DNA of 63,854 nt, the filler included, from an uncultured bacterium (GTDB lineage: Bacteria > Hinthialibacterota > Hinthialibacteria > Hinthialibacterales > Hinthialibacteraceae): NCBI GenBank assembly GCA_964449065.1. It is 4 parts of 4 records of this genome, joined end to end, with 100 filler letters (N's around TTAATTAATTAA, not from the genome) between each part and the next. Parts side by side here need not be neighbours in the genome. Positions count along the whole stretch, not along the records: positions 16,885 to 33,317 come from CAYVAZ010000084.1; positions 33,418 to 49,828 come from CAYVAZ010000085.1; 2 more parts are not named here. One strand, given 5' to 3'. The position numbers were made by a program, and so were the translations under genes. The notes beneath the pieces were generated by a model. That model ran no database searches, was not told where the DNA came from, and was given only the letters and a program-made list of their open reading frames with translations. Position 1 is the stretch's first letter. Each line of letters begins with the position of its first letter. Of this stretch, positions 26,615 through 36,502 are shown in pieces.

Positions 26615-27256
26615 ATGATGATATATTCAAAAATCATTTTTTCAATTAGAATGCCCGATTCATTGCATTGCATACTGGACTCCCTTCGTGCCCCGATCGA
26701 GAGTTATCTTTTGCTGGATGCGGTTCGAGTCAATCCAGAAGAAACCATACTTGATATCGGGTGCGGTAGTGGATTTATTTTGCTTTCAGCTCTTAACCGG
26801 TATCAAGATTGTCTTTGGGGATGCGGTGTAGATGTTGTGCATAACAAACTAAACGAAGCAAAAAAAGCGGAACAACTTATTCGGGAGAACTATTTCTTTC
26901 CTAACGTCGATTGGGTTTGCGGGGATGTCAGAAGCGGCTTTTTCCATTCTCACCAATTTGATGTTATTGTCAGCAATCCGCCTTTCTTTGACTCTCACAG
27001 CAGCCGGCCTTCACCGAATCAGGATCAAACCATCGCCCATATCGATGCAATGCTGAATCTTCAAGAATTGGTTGCTTGTGTTGCCCGATTGTTGAAACCG
27101 GAAGGCCGGTTTTATTTGGTGTATCCCTTAGCACGGTTCCAGGAGATTGAAAACGAAAGCAAAGCCGTTGGGATGAAGATTGTTGAACAAGTTGATCATT
27201 TTGAGGTACGCAAACGGTCCGGTGGAATTGCTGTTATACAGTTTGGATTCAAGTAA
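26615..27256 (+). CDS. SAM-dependent methyltransferase (TrmN6/tRNA A37 N6-like)
   Basis: ILDIGCGSG, VSNPPFF, LLKPEGRF; start uncertain (ATG 26651 is possible). Confidence 0.75.
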   Translation: MMIYSKIIFSIRMPDSLHCILDSLRAPIESYLLLDAVRVNPEETILDIGCGSGFILLSALNRYQDCLWGCGVDVVHNKLNEAKKAEQLIRENYFFPNVDWVCGDVRSGFFHSHQFDVIVSNPPFFDSHSSRPSPNQDQTIAHIDAMLNLQELVACVARLLKPEGRFYLVYPLARFQEIENESKAVGMKIVEQVDHFEVRKRSGGIAVIQFGFK

Positions 27257-27323
27257 TGCAGCTATCTTTACATCATCATCATTATGATAAGATAGAGAAA
27301 CATCATCGTATTGGGGAAGAACA

Positions 27324-28361
27324 ATGAAAGCATTGGTTTTAAAAGAATACAACAATCTGGTGATTGAAGATGTGCCGGAGCCGGAGATCGGAGATGATGA
27401 GGTATTGATTCAGGTGCAGGCCTGCGGCATTTGCGGCAGTGATGTACACGGGATGGACGGATCATCCGGCAGACGCCGCCCGCCGATTATTATGGGGCAT
27501 GAGGCATCCGGCAGTATTGTCGATATCGGTGGAAATGTATCCGCATGGAAACCGGGTGACCGCGTGACGTTTGACTCCACCGTATATTGCGGAAAGTGCA
27601 ACTACTGCCGCGCGGGGAAAATCAACCTGTGCGACAACCGCATGGTGCTTGGTGTATCATGTGAAGACTTTCGCCGCAATGGCGCCTTTGCTGAATATGT
27701 GTCAGTACCCCAGCGAATTTTATACAGGTTGCCTGATCAACTCGAATACGAACGCGCCGCGTTGGTGGAAGCGATTTCAATAGCGGTTCACGCGGCAGAA
27801 ATTTCTCCAATCTCGGTGATGGATACCGCAGTGGTAATGGGGTCAGGCATGATCGGACTGCTGTTGATTCAAGTGCTGCGGGTGGCAGGATGCGGCACCA
27901 TTATCGCGGTGGATTTGGAAAACGATAAGTTGAATCTGGCCAAAGAACTGGGCGCGGATATCGGATTCAATCCAAATGAAGTGGATGTGGTTGACGAAGT
28001 CAAGAGACTTACCAACAACCGCGGCGCGGATATCGCGTTTGAAGTGGTCGGCATTACCGAAACTGTTTCCGCAGGGGTGGAATGCCTGCGCAAAGGCGGT
28101 ACGTTAACCCTGGTCGGCAACATTACTCCGAAGGTGGAAATTCCATTGCAGGCGGTAGTGACACGCCAATTGCAGTTGCTGGGCTCATGTGCGTCATGCG
28201 GTGAATATCCCGCGTGTTTAAAACTGCTGGCGGAAGGCAAAATCAGCGTGGATAAGATCATCAGTGCCACCGCCCCGTTGGACGAAGGGGCATCCTGGTT
28301 CGACCGCCTCTACAATCACGAAAAAGGATTGATGAAGGTTGTGTTGCAGCCCAATGGGTGA
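27324..28361 (+). CDS. Zn-dependent polyol dehydrogenase (MDR family)
   Basis: GICGSD, GHE, structural Zn site CGKCNYC..C, GSGMIG. Confidence 0.92.
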   Translation: MKALVLKEYNNLVIEDVPEPEIGDDEVLIQVQACGICGSDVHGMDGSSGRRRPPIIMGHEASGSIVDIGGNVSAWKPGDRVTFDSTVYCGKCNYCRAGKINLCDNRMVLGVSCEDFRRNGAFAEYVSVPQRILYRLPDQLEYERAALVEAISIAVHAAEISPISVMDTAVVMGSGMIGLLLIQVLRVAGCGTIIAVDLENDKLNLAKELGADIGFNPNEVDVVDEVKRLTNNRGADIAFEVVGITETVSAGVECLRKGGTLTLVGNITPKVEIPLQAVVTRQLQLLGSCASCGEYPACLKLLAEGKISVDKIISATAPLDEGASWFDRLYNHEKGLMKVVLQPNG

Positions 28362-28527
28362 ACGGTATNNNNNNNNNNNNNNNNNNNNNNNNNNNNNNNN
28401 NNNNNNNNNNNNNNNNNNNNNNNNNNNNNNNNNNNNNNNNNNNNNNNNNNNNNNNNNNNNNNNNNNNNAATCACGAAAAAGGATTGATGAAGGTTGTGTT
28501 GCAGCCCAATGGGTGAACGGTATGAAC

Positions 28528-28557
28528 GGTGGGTCAGAACGGCGCGACCCACCCTAC
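28528..28557 (-). repeat. GTAG-family REP
   Basis: Reverse complement GTAGGGTGGGTC...GACCCACC. Confidence 0.7.
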
Positions 28558-28573
28558 ATTAACCTTCAAATAT

Positions 28574-29923
28574 TCAATTTCCCGGCTTATCCCGTTTCAT
28601 CAGTTCTTTCAGAATATTTTCAAGACGTTCGACCTGTTCGGGATGTTTGTTGCTCAAGCCGGTTTTTTCAAGCGGATCTTCTTTGATGTTGTACAATTCG
28701 GTTTTCCCGCCGTCTCTGGATTGAATCAGTTTCCAATTTTCAACACGAACGGCATTCATTCTTCGAGTACGCCACAACATCGGCCGCTCTGGTTCGGTTG
28801 AATCTTCTCCAGCAATATTGTCCCAAACGCTTGTGCCATCCCAGTTTAAATCTTGCGGGGGTGTACTATCCGTTGCGGCGCACAGCGTGGGCATCCAATC
28901 GGCGATGTGGATTGGTGTACTGCATTTGCCGGCATCCAAATGCCCCTGCCAGTTCACGAATGCAGGCACGCGGATTCCGCCTTCATAGACATCGCCTTTC
29001 CAGCCGCGCAGCGGGGTGTTGTCTCCTAAGACAGTGTGCGGCTTATCGGCATAGCGTCCTTTGTATTGCTCATCGCTGCTCCAACTTTTTTGGCCGCCGT
29101 TATCGCTAACAAATACAATCATGGTGTTTTCACGTATCCCCTTTTCATCAATCGCTTTCACAATTTGCCCGATGCCGTCATCCATGTGAGTCACGCTGGC
29201 GTTAAACCACCGGCGGGATGGCTCTTCGATATGCGAATACATCGATGTCCATTTTTCCGGCTCATCCAGCGGGAAGTGCGGTACGCTGTATGAAACATAC
29301 AAAAAGAACGGATCATCACCACTTTCGTTGATTACACGTACAGCATCATTGGTAATAAGGTCGGTGGCGTGGCCTTTTTCTTCCAGGTATTCATCATTGC
29401 GGTGCCATGATTTAATTCCGGTTTTATAGAGATGCGTGTAGGGATCAATCTGTCCGGCAAAGTAGCCGTAGGATGAATCAAAGCCGTACTTCAACGGCGT
29501 GTATTCCGGCGGAGACCCCATGTGCCATTTGCCGGAGAGAGTGGTTTTGTATCCAGCGTTTTGCAGCGCTTTTGGCAGCGTCAGGGTATCGTAACTCATC
29601 AACTTGCCGTAATCGGGGCCGTATACGCCGTAGCGGCTGGGGAAGTGCCCGGTCATGATGCCGACGCGGGTTGGCGTGCAGGTCGGCATGGCATAATGAT
29701 GTGTAAGTTTTACTCCAGTGGAAGCCAGTTTATCCAAATGCGGGGTTTTGATTTCGGGATTGTTATAGCCGATATCCGACCAGCCCATGTCATCGGCGAT
29801 GATGAAAACAATGTTGGGCTTTTTGGATGATTGCGCGTTGCCTTTATTAAGGCATGACAATGTAGATGTACCAGCCAATGCGGAGGCCGTCAGTTTAAGA
29901 AAGTCACGTTTATTAATAGCCAT
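28574..29923 (-). CDS. Arylsulfatase with Tat-like signal
   Basis: NKRDFLK, PNIVFIIADD, CTPTR, GKWH, SDNG. Confidence 0.92.
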   Translation of the reverse strand: MAINKRDFLKLTASALAGTSTLSCLNKGNAQSSKKPNIVFIIADDMGWSDIGYNNPEIKTPHLDKLASTGVKLTHHYAMPTCTPTRVGIMTGHFPSRYGVYGPDYGKLMSYDTLTLPKALQNAGYKTTLSGKWHMGSPPEYTPLKYGFDSSYGYFAGQIDPYTHLYKTGIKSWHRNDEYLEEKGHATDLITNDAVRVINESGDDPFFLYVSYSVPHFPLDEPEKWTSMYSHIEEPSRRWFNASVTHMDDGIGQIVKAIDEKGIRENTMIVFVSDNGGQKSWSSDEQYKGRYADKPHTVLGDNTPLRGWKGDVYEGGIRVPAFVNWQGHLDAGKCSTPIHIADWMPTLCAATDSTPPQDLNWDGTSVWDNIAGEDSTEPERPMLWRTRRMNAVRVENWKLIQSRDGGKTELYNIKEDPLEKTGLSNKHPEQVERLENILKELMKRDKPGN

Positions 29924-29942
29924 GTTTTTCTCCAAGGTAAAA

Positions 29943-31286
29943 TTAGATCAAATTCCAGCCCATGCGGTAGGCGCGTTTGATGTATCGGTCGGCTTCGGGC
30001 GCGTTGGTCGCTTTGAGTTCTTTTTCATCCCATTCCAATTTTTTGCCAACCCGAAACGCAACATTGCCCAAATGGTTGGCTTCGGTCAGCCAGCCGGCGT
30101 ATTCAAAGTTGCATGTAGTTGATGCCCCGGTTTTGCATGCGTGAATCCATTCGTTGTGATGGCCAATCGATGCGGGGATAAACGGTTCCGGCTGTTCAAA
30201 ATCTTTGAAGTCATCTTCCGGCAGCAGGGTGTTTTTGCCGTAGTCGGATAAGAGCATTCCCTTTTCTCCGATAAAGAGAACGCCATTGCCCCATTTGCGG
30301 ACGGCTTCATTCTCGTTCCAAATCCGCGGTTTATGGGTGCCTTGATACCATGAGACGGTTACCGGCCCCATGTCTCCTCTTGCTCCGTATGTGTAAGTTG
30401 CCTGCATGGATGCGGGGGCGATTTCAGGGTGAACCGGAGGTCCCGAGGCTTCAATGGTTAAGGGGTGATCCAGTTTCAGTGCCCAAAACGGCAGGTCGAT
30501 CCAATGGCTGCCGAGATCGCTCATGGTGCCGTTGCCGAAATCCCACCAGCGGTACCATTTGGGTCCGGGAATGTAGACGTTGTTGAACGGTCTTTCGGGA
30601 GCAGGCCCCAGCCATAAATCCCAATCAAAACCATCAGGGATGGGATCGGAAGTTGTGGGGCGGTCAAACGCACAAACGATGTCGTTCGCTTTCTTGCAGG
30701 CCTCTTCCGAATCATGCCAACCCCAGGCACGCGACACCCAAACGTGCACTTCACTCACCTGGCCGATGGCCCCGCTTTGGATCAATTCAACCACACGACG
30801 GTAATTGTCTCCCGCATGGATTTGTGTTCCCATTTGGGTGGCGACCCCGGCTTCGTTGGCGGCTTCACGAATGATACGCGATTCCCACACATTGTGGGTC
30901 AACGGTTTTTCACAGTAGACATGCTTTTTCATCTGCAAGGCGGGCAGGGTGGCAAACGCGTGCGTGTGTTCGCTGGTGCTGACGACAACCGCGTCGAATT
31001 CATCCGCGTAATCATACAGGTTACGAAAGTCTTTTACCCGGCGCGCTTTGGGGTGTGCTTCGGCGGCTTTATCCACACTGTCTTTGCTAACATCCGCCAG
31101 CGCGACGATGGTTTCGGAACTTACTGAGTTCATGTTGCTGCGTCCCCGGCCGCCGCAGCCGATGATGGCGATGTTGAGTTTTTCATTCAGATTCTGTCCG
31201 CGCACGATGGCGGGGAATCCAATGGTGAGGGCTGCTGAAGCCGATAAAAATGATCTGCGGGTAAGAGATTTTGTTTGATGGTTCAT
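29943..31286 (-). CDS. Gfo/Idh/MocA oxidoreductase with Tat signal
   Basis: [27 protein letters not shown]. Confidence 0.92.
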   Translation of the reverse strand: MNHQTKSLTRRSFLSASAALTIGFPAIVRGQNLNEKLNIAIIGCGGRGRSNMNSVSSETIVALADVSKDSVDKAAEAHPKARRVKDFRNLYDYADEFDAVVVSTSEHTHAFATLPALQMKKHVYCEKPLTHNVWESRIIREAANEAGVATQMGTQIHAGDNYRRVVELIQSGAIGQVSEVHVWVSRAWGWHDSEEACKKANDIVCAFDRPTTSDPIPDGFDWDLWLGPAPERPFNNVYIPGPKWYRWWDFGNGTMSDLGSHWIDLPFWALKLDHPLTIEASGPPVHPEIAPASMQATYTYGARGDMGPVTVSWYQGTHKPRIWNENEAVRKWGNGVLFIGEKGMLLSDYGKNTLLPEDDFKDFEQPEPFIPASIGHHNEWIHACKTGASTTCNFEYAGWLTEANHLGNVAFRVGKKLEWDEKELKATNAPEADRYIKRAYRMGWNLI

Positions 31287-31333
31287 GTTGTTTTCCTATG
31301 TTTTGATGAATGTATCTGTTTAATCAATTTACT

Positions 31334-31500
31334 CTATAACAGTTCCGGAAAGAACCGTTTTGCATTGGAGTAGTAAAGTTTCTGTACAACCGGTTCCGGC
31401 AGATTGAGGCCTTGGATGTTTATATCGTCTCTGGGATTCACCGTTTGATCCGTTGAGAAGAACGTCCAGTCGCTTTTCCAACGTTCGTGGCAGCGGATGC
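31334..31500 (-). pseudogene. C-terminal remnant of an amidohydrolase-family gene
   Basis: DWTFF...GLNLPEPVVQKLYYSNAKRFF resembles an amidohydrolase_2 C-terminus; no intact N-terminal part. Confidence 0.5.
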
Positions 31501-31719
31501 TGCGGTGTGAAGAAACGATCTTCGGTCGATGGCAGTCGGCATGGATAAAACTCCTATTTGGATGATAAAACGATTGCACCCTATAAATCAATGCGATCAT
31601 ATCAAAAAAATTGAGAATTTGATACTGTAAGTTCTATTATTCTTTAATTATCCGTTGAGAATCTTCACTTCATCTTCTATGCTAAGAAAACAGCTGATGT
31701 CGTATTACGGAGAGAAACC

Positions 31720-33261
31720 ATGCCGCAAACCCGCCGTCATTTCATAGCCAGTACATCTATCGGTGCTGTAAGCGCGTTGCTGTCATCAACAGCACATTCA
31801 CAAGAATCCCGCCCTAACATCCTGTTCATCATGTCGGATGATCACGCGGTCAATTCGATCGGGTGTTATGGCAAACGCTTGGCCGGTATCGCCCAAACAC
31901 CGAACATCGACCGGATCGCAAATGAAGGCATGAGGCTGAACAACTGTTTCTGCACCAATTCCATCTGCGTGCCCAGCCGGGCATCGATTCTTACGGGAAA
32001 ATACAGCCACAAAAACGGTGTGTATTCATTGCGGGATGCGATTGATCCCAATCAACAGAATGTCGCGAAGCTGCTGCGGGACGGCGGCTATCAAACCGCG
32101 GTGATCGGCAAATGGCATTTAAAAACCGACCCCAGCGGTTTCGATTATTGGAATGTCCTACCCGGGCAGGGGAAATACCATAACCCGGTGCTGAAAGAAA
32201 AGGATAAAGGACAAAAAGAGTTTGAAGGCTATTCAGCCGATGTGATTGGGAACTTGACTTTGGATTGGCTGAAACAACGGGATGAAGAGAAACCATTCTT
32301 TTTAATGTGCCAATTCAAAGCGCCTCATGAACCGTGGGGCTATGCAGAACGGTATGCGGACTATTTGAAAGATACCGATATCCCGGAACCGGACAGTTTA
32401 TGGGAAGACAAGTCGCACCGTTCGCCGGGTTCGGAAGAGTATGGCTTCACGATTGATACATTGGTGGAACGGTTTCAATGGAAAAATCACCAGCATGAAG
32501 GTCCTATTGAATTTTCCGGGCTCAGCGATGAAGAAAAGCGCAAGAAAGCGTATCAAATATTCGTGAAATTCTATTTGCGGGCTTGCGCGGGTGTGGATCA
32601 CAACATCGGCCGGCTTCTGGAGTATATGGAAGAGAACAATCTTGCCGATAACACGGTGGTCATCTATACCTCAGACCAAGGATACTTTTTGGGTGAACAC
32701 AACTACATCGATAAGCGGTGGATGTATGAAGAATCCATGCAGATGCCGTTTGTTGTTCGGTATCCCAAAGAGATCGATGCAGGTTCAACCAACGATGACT
32801 TGGTGATCAATGTTGATTTCCCGTCATTGTTTTTGGATTACGCCGGATTGGAAACTCCAGATGACATGCAGGGAAAAAGCTTCCGCAGTATTCTTCGCGG
32901 AGACACGCCGGAGGATTGGCGCGACGCGGTGTACTACCGCTATTGGATGCATGTAAACCGCCCCGCGCATTACGGCATCCGCACCAAGCGTTTTAAACTT
33001 CTATTCTTCTATGGTCTTCCATTAGACATAACCGGAACGCAAGAGGAACCGAGTAAGCCGGGAATGGAACTTTATGATCTTAAGAATGACCCAAACGAGT
33101 TAAACAATGTGTATGATGATCCGGCTTATGAGGATGTTGTATTAAAGTTAAAGAAAGAATTGCTTGCACTGAAAGAAAAATATGACGATACGGATGAAGA
33201 GTATTCGGAATTGATGAAGTTGCAGCGGGAGTATTTTCATGAAGTGATGAGTGAGGAGTGA
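31720..33261 (+). CDS. Sulfatase (mucin-desulfating/DUF4976 type) with Tat signal
   Basis: TRRHF, PNILFIMSDDH, CVPSR, DKRWMYEES, HYGIRT. Confidence 0.92.
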   Translation: MPQTRRHFIASTSIGAVSALLSSTAHSQESRPNILFIMSDDHAVNSIGCYGKRLAGIAQTPNIDRIANEGMRLNNCFCTNSICVPSRASILTGKYSHKNGVYSLRDAIDPNQQNVAKLLRDGGYQTAVIGKWHLKTDPSGFDYWNVLPGQGKYHNPVLKEKDKGQKEFEGYSADVIGNLTLDWLKQRDEEKPFFLMCQFKAPHEPWGYAERYADYLKDTDIPEPDSLWEDKSHRSPGSEEYGFTIDTLVERFQWKNHQHEGPIEFSGLSDEEKRKKAYQIFVKFYLRACAGVDHNIGRLLEYMEENNLADNTVVIYTSDQGYFLGEHNYIDKRWMYEESMQMPFVVRYPKEIDAGSTNDDLVINVDFPSLFLDYAGLETPDDMQGKSFRSILRGDTPEDWRDAVYYRYWMHVNRPAHYGIRTKRFKLLFFYGLPLDITGTQEEPSKPGMELYDLKNDPNELNNVYDDPAYEDVVLKLKKELLALKEKYDDTDEEYSELMKLQREYFHEVMSEE

Positions 33262-33317
33262 CAAGCACCGAACCCTCAAAAAAAGCCTTGAGGGATATAG
33301 CGAAGAAGAAACGTAAC

Positions 33318-33417
33318 NNNNNNNNNNNNNNNNNNNNNNNNNNNNNNNNNNNNNNNNNNNNTTAATTAATTAANNNNNNNNNNNNNNNNNNNNNNNNNNN
33401 NNNNNNNNNNNNNNNNN
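33318..33417. other. Artificial contig linker
   Basis: N-TTAATTAATTAA-N. Confidence 0.95.
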
Positions 33418-33653
33418 GTTTTCATACGGGCATTACTGCCTCCATATTTTGTTGTATTTCTTCTTATTTAGTAACTATCGAAACGGATTTAAAGCTCGCA
33501 ACAATACCTACCGTATAGAATTTTGCGTAACGTCAGTTAATAACTCCTACCGATTCAAATAACCGGCATATCGAATGAAATGCGCACAACAGGTTTAGAA
33601 AAACGATATCACATTTTCCCGCGATCTTTTTTAGTCAACAACTTCATGGAACT

Positions 33654-35168
33654 CTAGTTAACGGATGTCTCTTGTGGACGTTCACTCCAGCGCGCAACAT
33701 TATCCAAAACGGGCTTGGGATTGTCATAAGCCTCTACCAATACCTTATGATAGAAACATTCTTCTTGGGAACGCAAATAGGTATTCGGCCATTCCGATGC
33801 ATATTGTTCGGCTTCAGCCTTTGGCATGATGGACGATAAATACTCATCCATCTTCTCAGCCGCTCCGCTGCCTTCGTCAAACTGCTCTTTCTTGCGCCAC
33901 ACGATATCATACGGAAGCAAATCATCAAACGCCTTCCGTAAAATCCACTTTTCTACCGGGGGATTGCCCCGCAGCTTCCATTCCGCGGGGATTCGTTGTC
34001 CCAATTCGATCATAGTCAAATCCAAAAACGGCACGCGGCCTTCAATGGAATGCGCCATCGTCATTCGGTCTACCCGCTGCAAATTGATGTTGTGCAGCGA
34101 CTCTATTGAGCGGCGCAATTCATTGTGCAAAAAGTCATCGCTTACGATACCTTTGTAGTAGGTATAGCCCGCGAACAATTCATCCGCGCCTTCTCCGGTC
34201 AAGATCACTTTAACAAAATCCGACGCCATCCGTGAAGTAAAGTAGCATGGAATCGCACTGCGCACCAAATCCTGATCAAATGATTCTAAAAAGTAGATGA
34301 TCTCAAATAACTTCTCATGAATCTCATCCAATGTAAGAACATACTCATGATGTATCGTACCCAAATGATCCGCCACCACCCGTGCCGCGTTCAAATCCGA
34401 ACTGCCTTCAAACCCGACCGAAAAGGTATGAAGATTCTCGATGTGTTGACTGGCAATGGCGCAAATAATGCTGCTGTCCAACCCCCCGGAGAGAAACGCT
34501 CCCAACGGGACATCACTCATCAAGCGTTTTTCCACCGATTCTTCCACCGTCTTCCGGATGATGCGCAGCCAATCTTCCATAGACCGGTCTTCGGTTACTA
34601 GATCCGGGACGGTATAGAATGACTGAAACCCCTGCTTGGAATGAAAATAGGTTCCAGGAGGAAACTCTTTGATGTTTTCACTTGCTTTCGCAAGGCTTTT
34701 GATTTCCGAAGAAAAAATCATCGCGCCGTCTTCTTCCGCATAATACAAAGGCTTAATTCCAATCGGATCACGGGCGCAGAGAATGCGGTCTTCATCGGCA
34801 ATCATAAAGGCATACATTCCATCCAAATATTTGACCACACCGGTACCATGTTCTTGAAACAGGTGAAGAATAGCCTCGCTGTCGCTGGTGGTTTTAAACG
34901 GGTATTTTTTGGATAAGGTTTGCAACAAATCTGGAAAGTTATAGATTTCACCGTTAGCGGCTATCGCCCGGTTTTTGTTCTCAGCCAAAATCGGTTGATC
35001 GCCGCCTTTTGGATCCATAATACTTAAGCGCCGATGTCCCAATAGTCCATCATACGTTTCGGATACAAATAGGCCTTCTGCATCGGGACCGCGGTGAATC
35101 ATCGCGTCCAACATTGATTGCAACTGACTTTGATCTTTCTTGCCCCAAAAACCGGCGATTCCACACAT
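33654..35168 (-). CDS. asnB: Asparagine synthase (glutamine-hydrolysing)
   Basis: MCGI, HRGPD, NGEIYN, LSGGLDSS, GEGADELFAGY, EGRVPFLD. Confidence 0.93.
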   Translation of the reverse strand: MCGIAGFWGKKDQSQLQSMLDAMIHRGPDAEGLFVSETYDGLLGHRRLSIMDPKGGDQPILAENKNRAIAANGEIYNFPDLLQTLSKKYPFKTTSDSEAILHLFQEHGTGVVKYLDGMYAFMIADEDRILCARDPIGIKPLYYAEEDGAMIFSSEIKSLAKASENIKEFPPGTYFHSKQGFQSFYTVPDLVTEDRSMEDWLRIIRKTVEESVEKRLMSDVPLGAFLSGGLDSSIICAIASQHIENLHTFSVGFEGSSDLNAARVVADHLGTIHHEYVLTLDEIHEKLFEIIYFLESFDQDLVRSAIPCYFTSRMASDFVKVILTGEGADELFAGYTYYKGIVSDDFLHNELRRSIESLHNINLQRVDRMTMAHSIEGRVPFLDLTMIELGQRIPAEWKLRGNPPVEKWILRKAFDDLLPYDIVWRKKEQFDEGSGAAEKMDEYLSSIMPKAEAEQYASEWPNTYLRSQEECFYHKVLVEAYDNPKPVLDNVARWSERPQETSVN

Positions 35169-35332
35169 AATAAAATATCCTTACGTAAATTTTAAATCAT
35201 AAACTATGCAATAAATATTCCGAAATTGAATGGTAAATTGCTTGGAATCAGAGACTTGGAAAGAACAGTTGGCTGAAATTCAGCACAATTTTGTTGTTTT
35301 TGTTTAAGGTGTGTTTGTTTTTGACAAGTAAA

Positions 35333-35920
35333 TTACGGTACAAACCGCCGGATCGACCCAAACGACTGCAACCCGTTTGAAGCATCATAATCCTCATGCC
35401 AGCAGCCCCGGTTATACCCTTCGCCGGGGAAATAACGAATCATCGAAGGCCCGATTGAAAACACCATGGCAAGCCGGTTTCTAAAATCATGCCGGCCATT
35501 CAGTTCATTCGGCCCAGCGAATGGAGTCCAAAACGTCCCCGCCCCACCCGCTTTCGTTTGATATTCTGATGACAGAAAATCTTCCGGATCAGGTACCCAA
35601 GATGCTCCGGATGTATCTGCCCCTTGATTGAAAGGGTCGCGGGGAAAAGCAGTTACATAAGCAATAGGGGTCGTCAACACCGGAACATGACCAATCATAT
35701 ATGAAGACCACGGCCCCGTATTGAAATCGAGAGGCACACCATTGTGGTCTATATAATATGTTTGAACAGAATCCCCTAGCATCTTGATATCAGCCTGAAC
35801 ACGGGCAATCTTCGCCCGAATCTGCGCGTTCATAAAATTCGGCACCGCAATCGCCGCCAAGATTCCAATGATCGCCACCACAATCAGCAACTCTATCAAC
35901 GTAAACGCGTTTTTGCTCAT
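35333..35920 (-). CDS. Prepilin-type N-terminal methylation domain protein
   Basis: AFTLIELLIVVAIIGILAAIAVPNF; TPIAY..DPF; YDASNG. Confidence 0.88.
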   Translation of the reverse strand: MSKNAFTLIELLIVVAIIGILAAIAVPNFMNAQIRAKIARVQADIKMLGDSVQTYYIDHNGVPLDFNTGPWSSYMIGHVPVLTTPIAYVTAFPRDPFNQGADTSGASWVPDPEDFLSSEYQTKAGGAGTFWTPFAGPNELNGRHDFRNRLAMVFSIGPSMIRYFPGEGYNRGCWHEDYDASNGLQSFGSIRRFVP

Positions 35921-36060
35921 GTTTTTCCCATTTCATAAAGAGTAATATGGAATACAAAAAATACTCCATTTCTGTTACGGCAGTGTTAAATTACAAGAAA
36001 AAACATTCCGGGGATTACCATCATGACAAAAGTCATCGATGTGCATGATCTTGTTTTTGA

Positions 36061-36118
36061 GTAGCTGGTCATCCGTTCGAAGAATGATTTTCCTTCCCAA
36101 GCCTGGAAAGGTCCGGGG
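36061..36118 (-). repeat. Degenerate partial copy of the GTAA-MITE right arm
   Basis: Reverse complement ...CCAGGCTTGGGAaGGAAA..TCTTCgAACGGaTGACCagcTAC versus copy 1 CCAGGCTTGGGAGGGGAAA..TCTTCAAACGGCTGACCTATTAC. Confidence 0.6.
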
Positions 36119-36278
36119 CAATATCATGAACGTAAGATCTTTCATGAACATGGTATACCTCCCCGCGGCTGCCCTACAGCAGGCCAGATAAGCCTTTCCC
36201 AGGGTTATGCAGCGAAGCCGTATTTTTGCACGCTGCGCTTCAAACTGGCCGGCCTGATACGCTGGAATTTCTTTTATG

Positions 36279-36453
36279 GTAACAGGTCAGCGATATGAAG
36301 TGCATCTTCAAAAAATCGAATCGATTTTCTCATTCCTCCCCCAATGCAATGGGGGAGGCTAGGTGGGGGTTAAACGCTCAGTGCTTCAAACCCTCCCCTA
36401 ACCCCTCCCTCCTTTGGGAGGGAAAATTTCTCTTTAAGCGGCTGACCTATTAC
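36279..36453 (+). mobile_element. GTAA-ended MITE, copy 2, with 8-bp target site duplication
   Basis: TIR GTAACAGGTCAGC / GCTGACCTATTAC; flanked by CTTTTATG at 36271-36278 and 36454-36461. Confidence 0.85.
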
Positions 36454-36502
36454 CTTTTATGAAACCGGTGGGGATTGTGCCGCAACGCAAATTGATACCG
36501 TT

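Noticed and set aside
33654..35168. asnB as a lasso-peptide cyclase
   Set aside because: It has an intact N-terminal glutaminase (MCGI), and no B protein or precursor peptide is nearby
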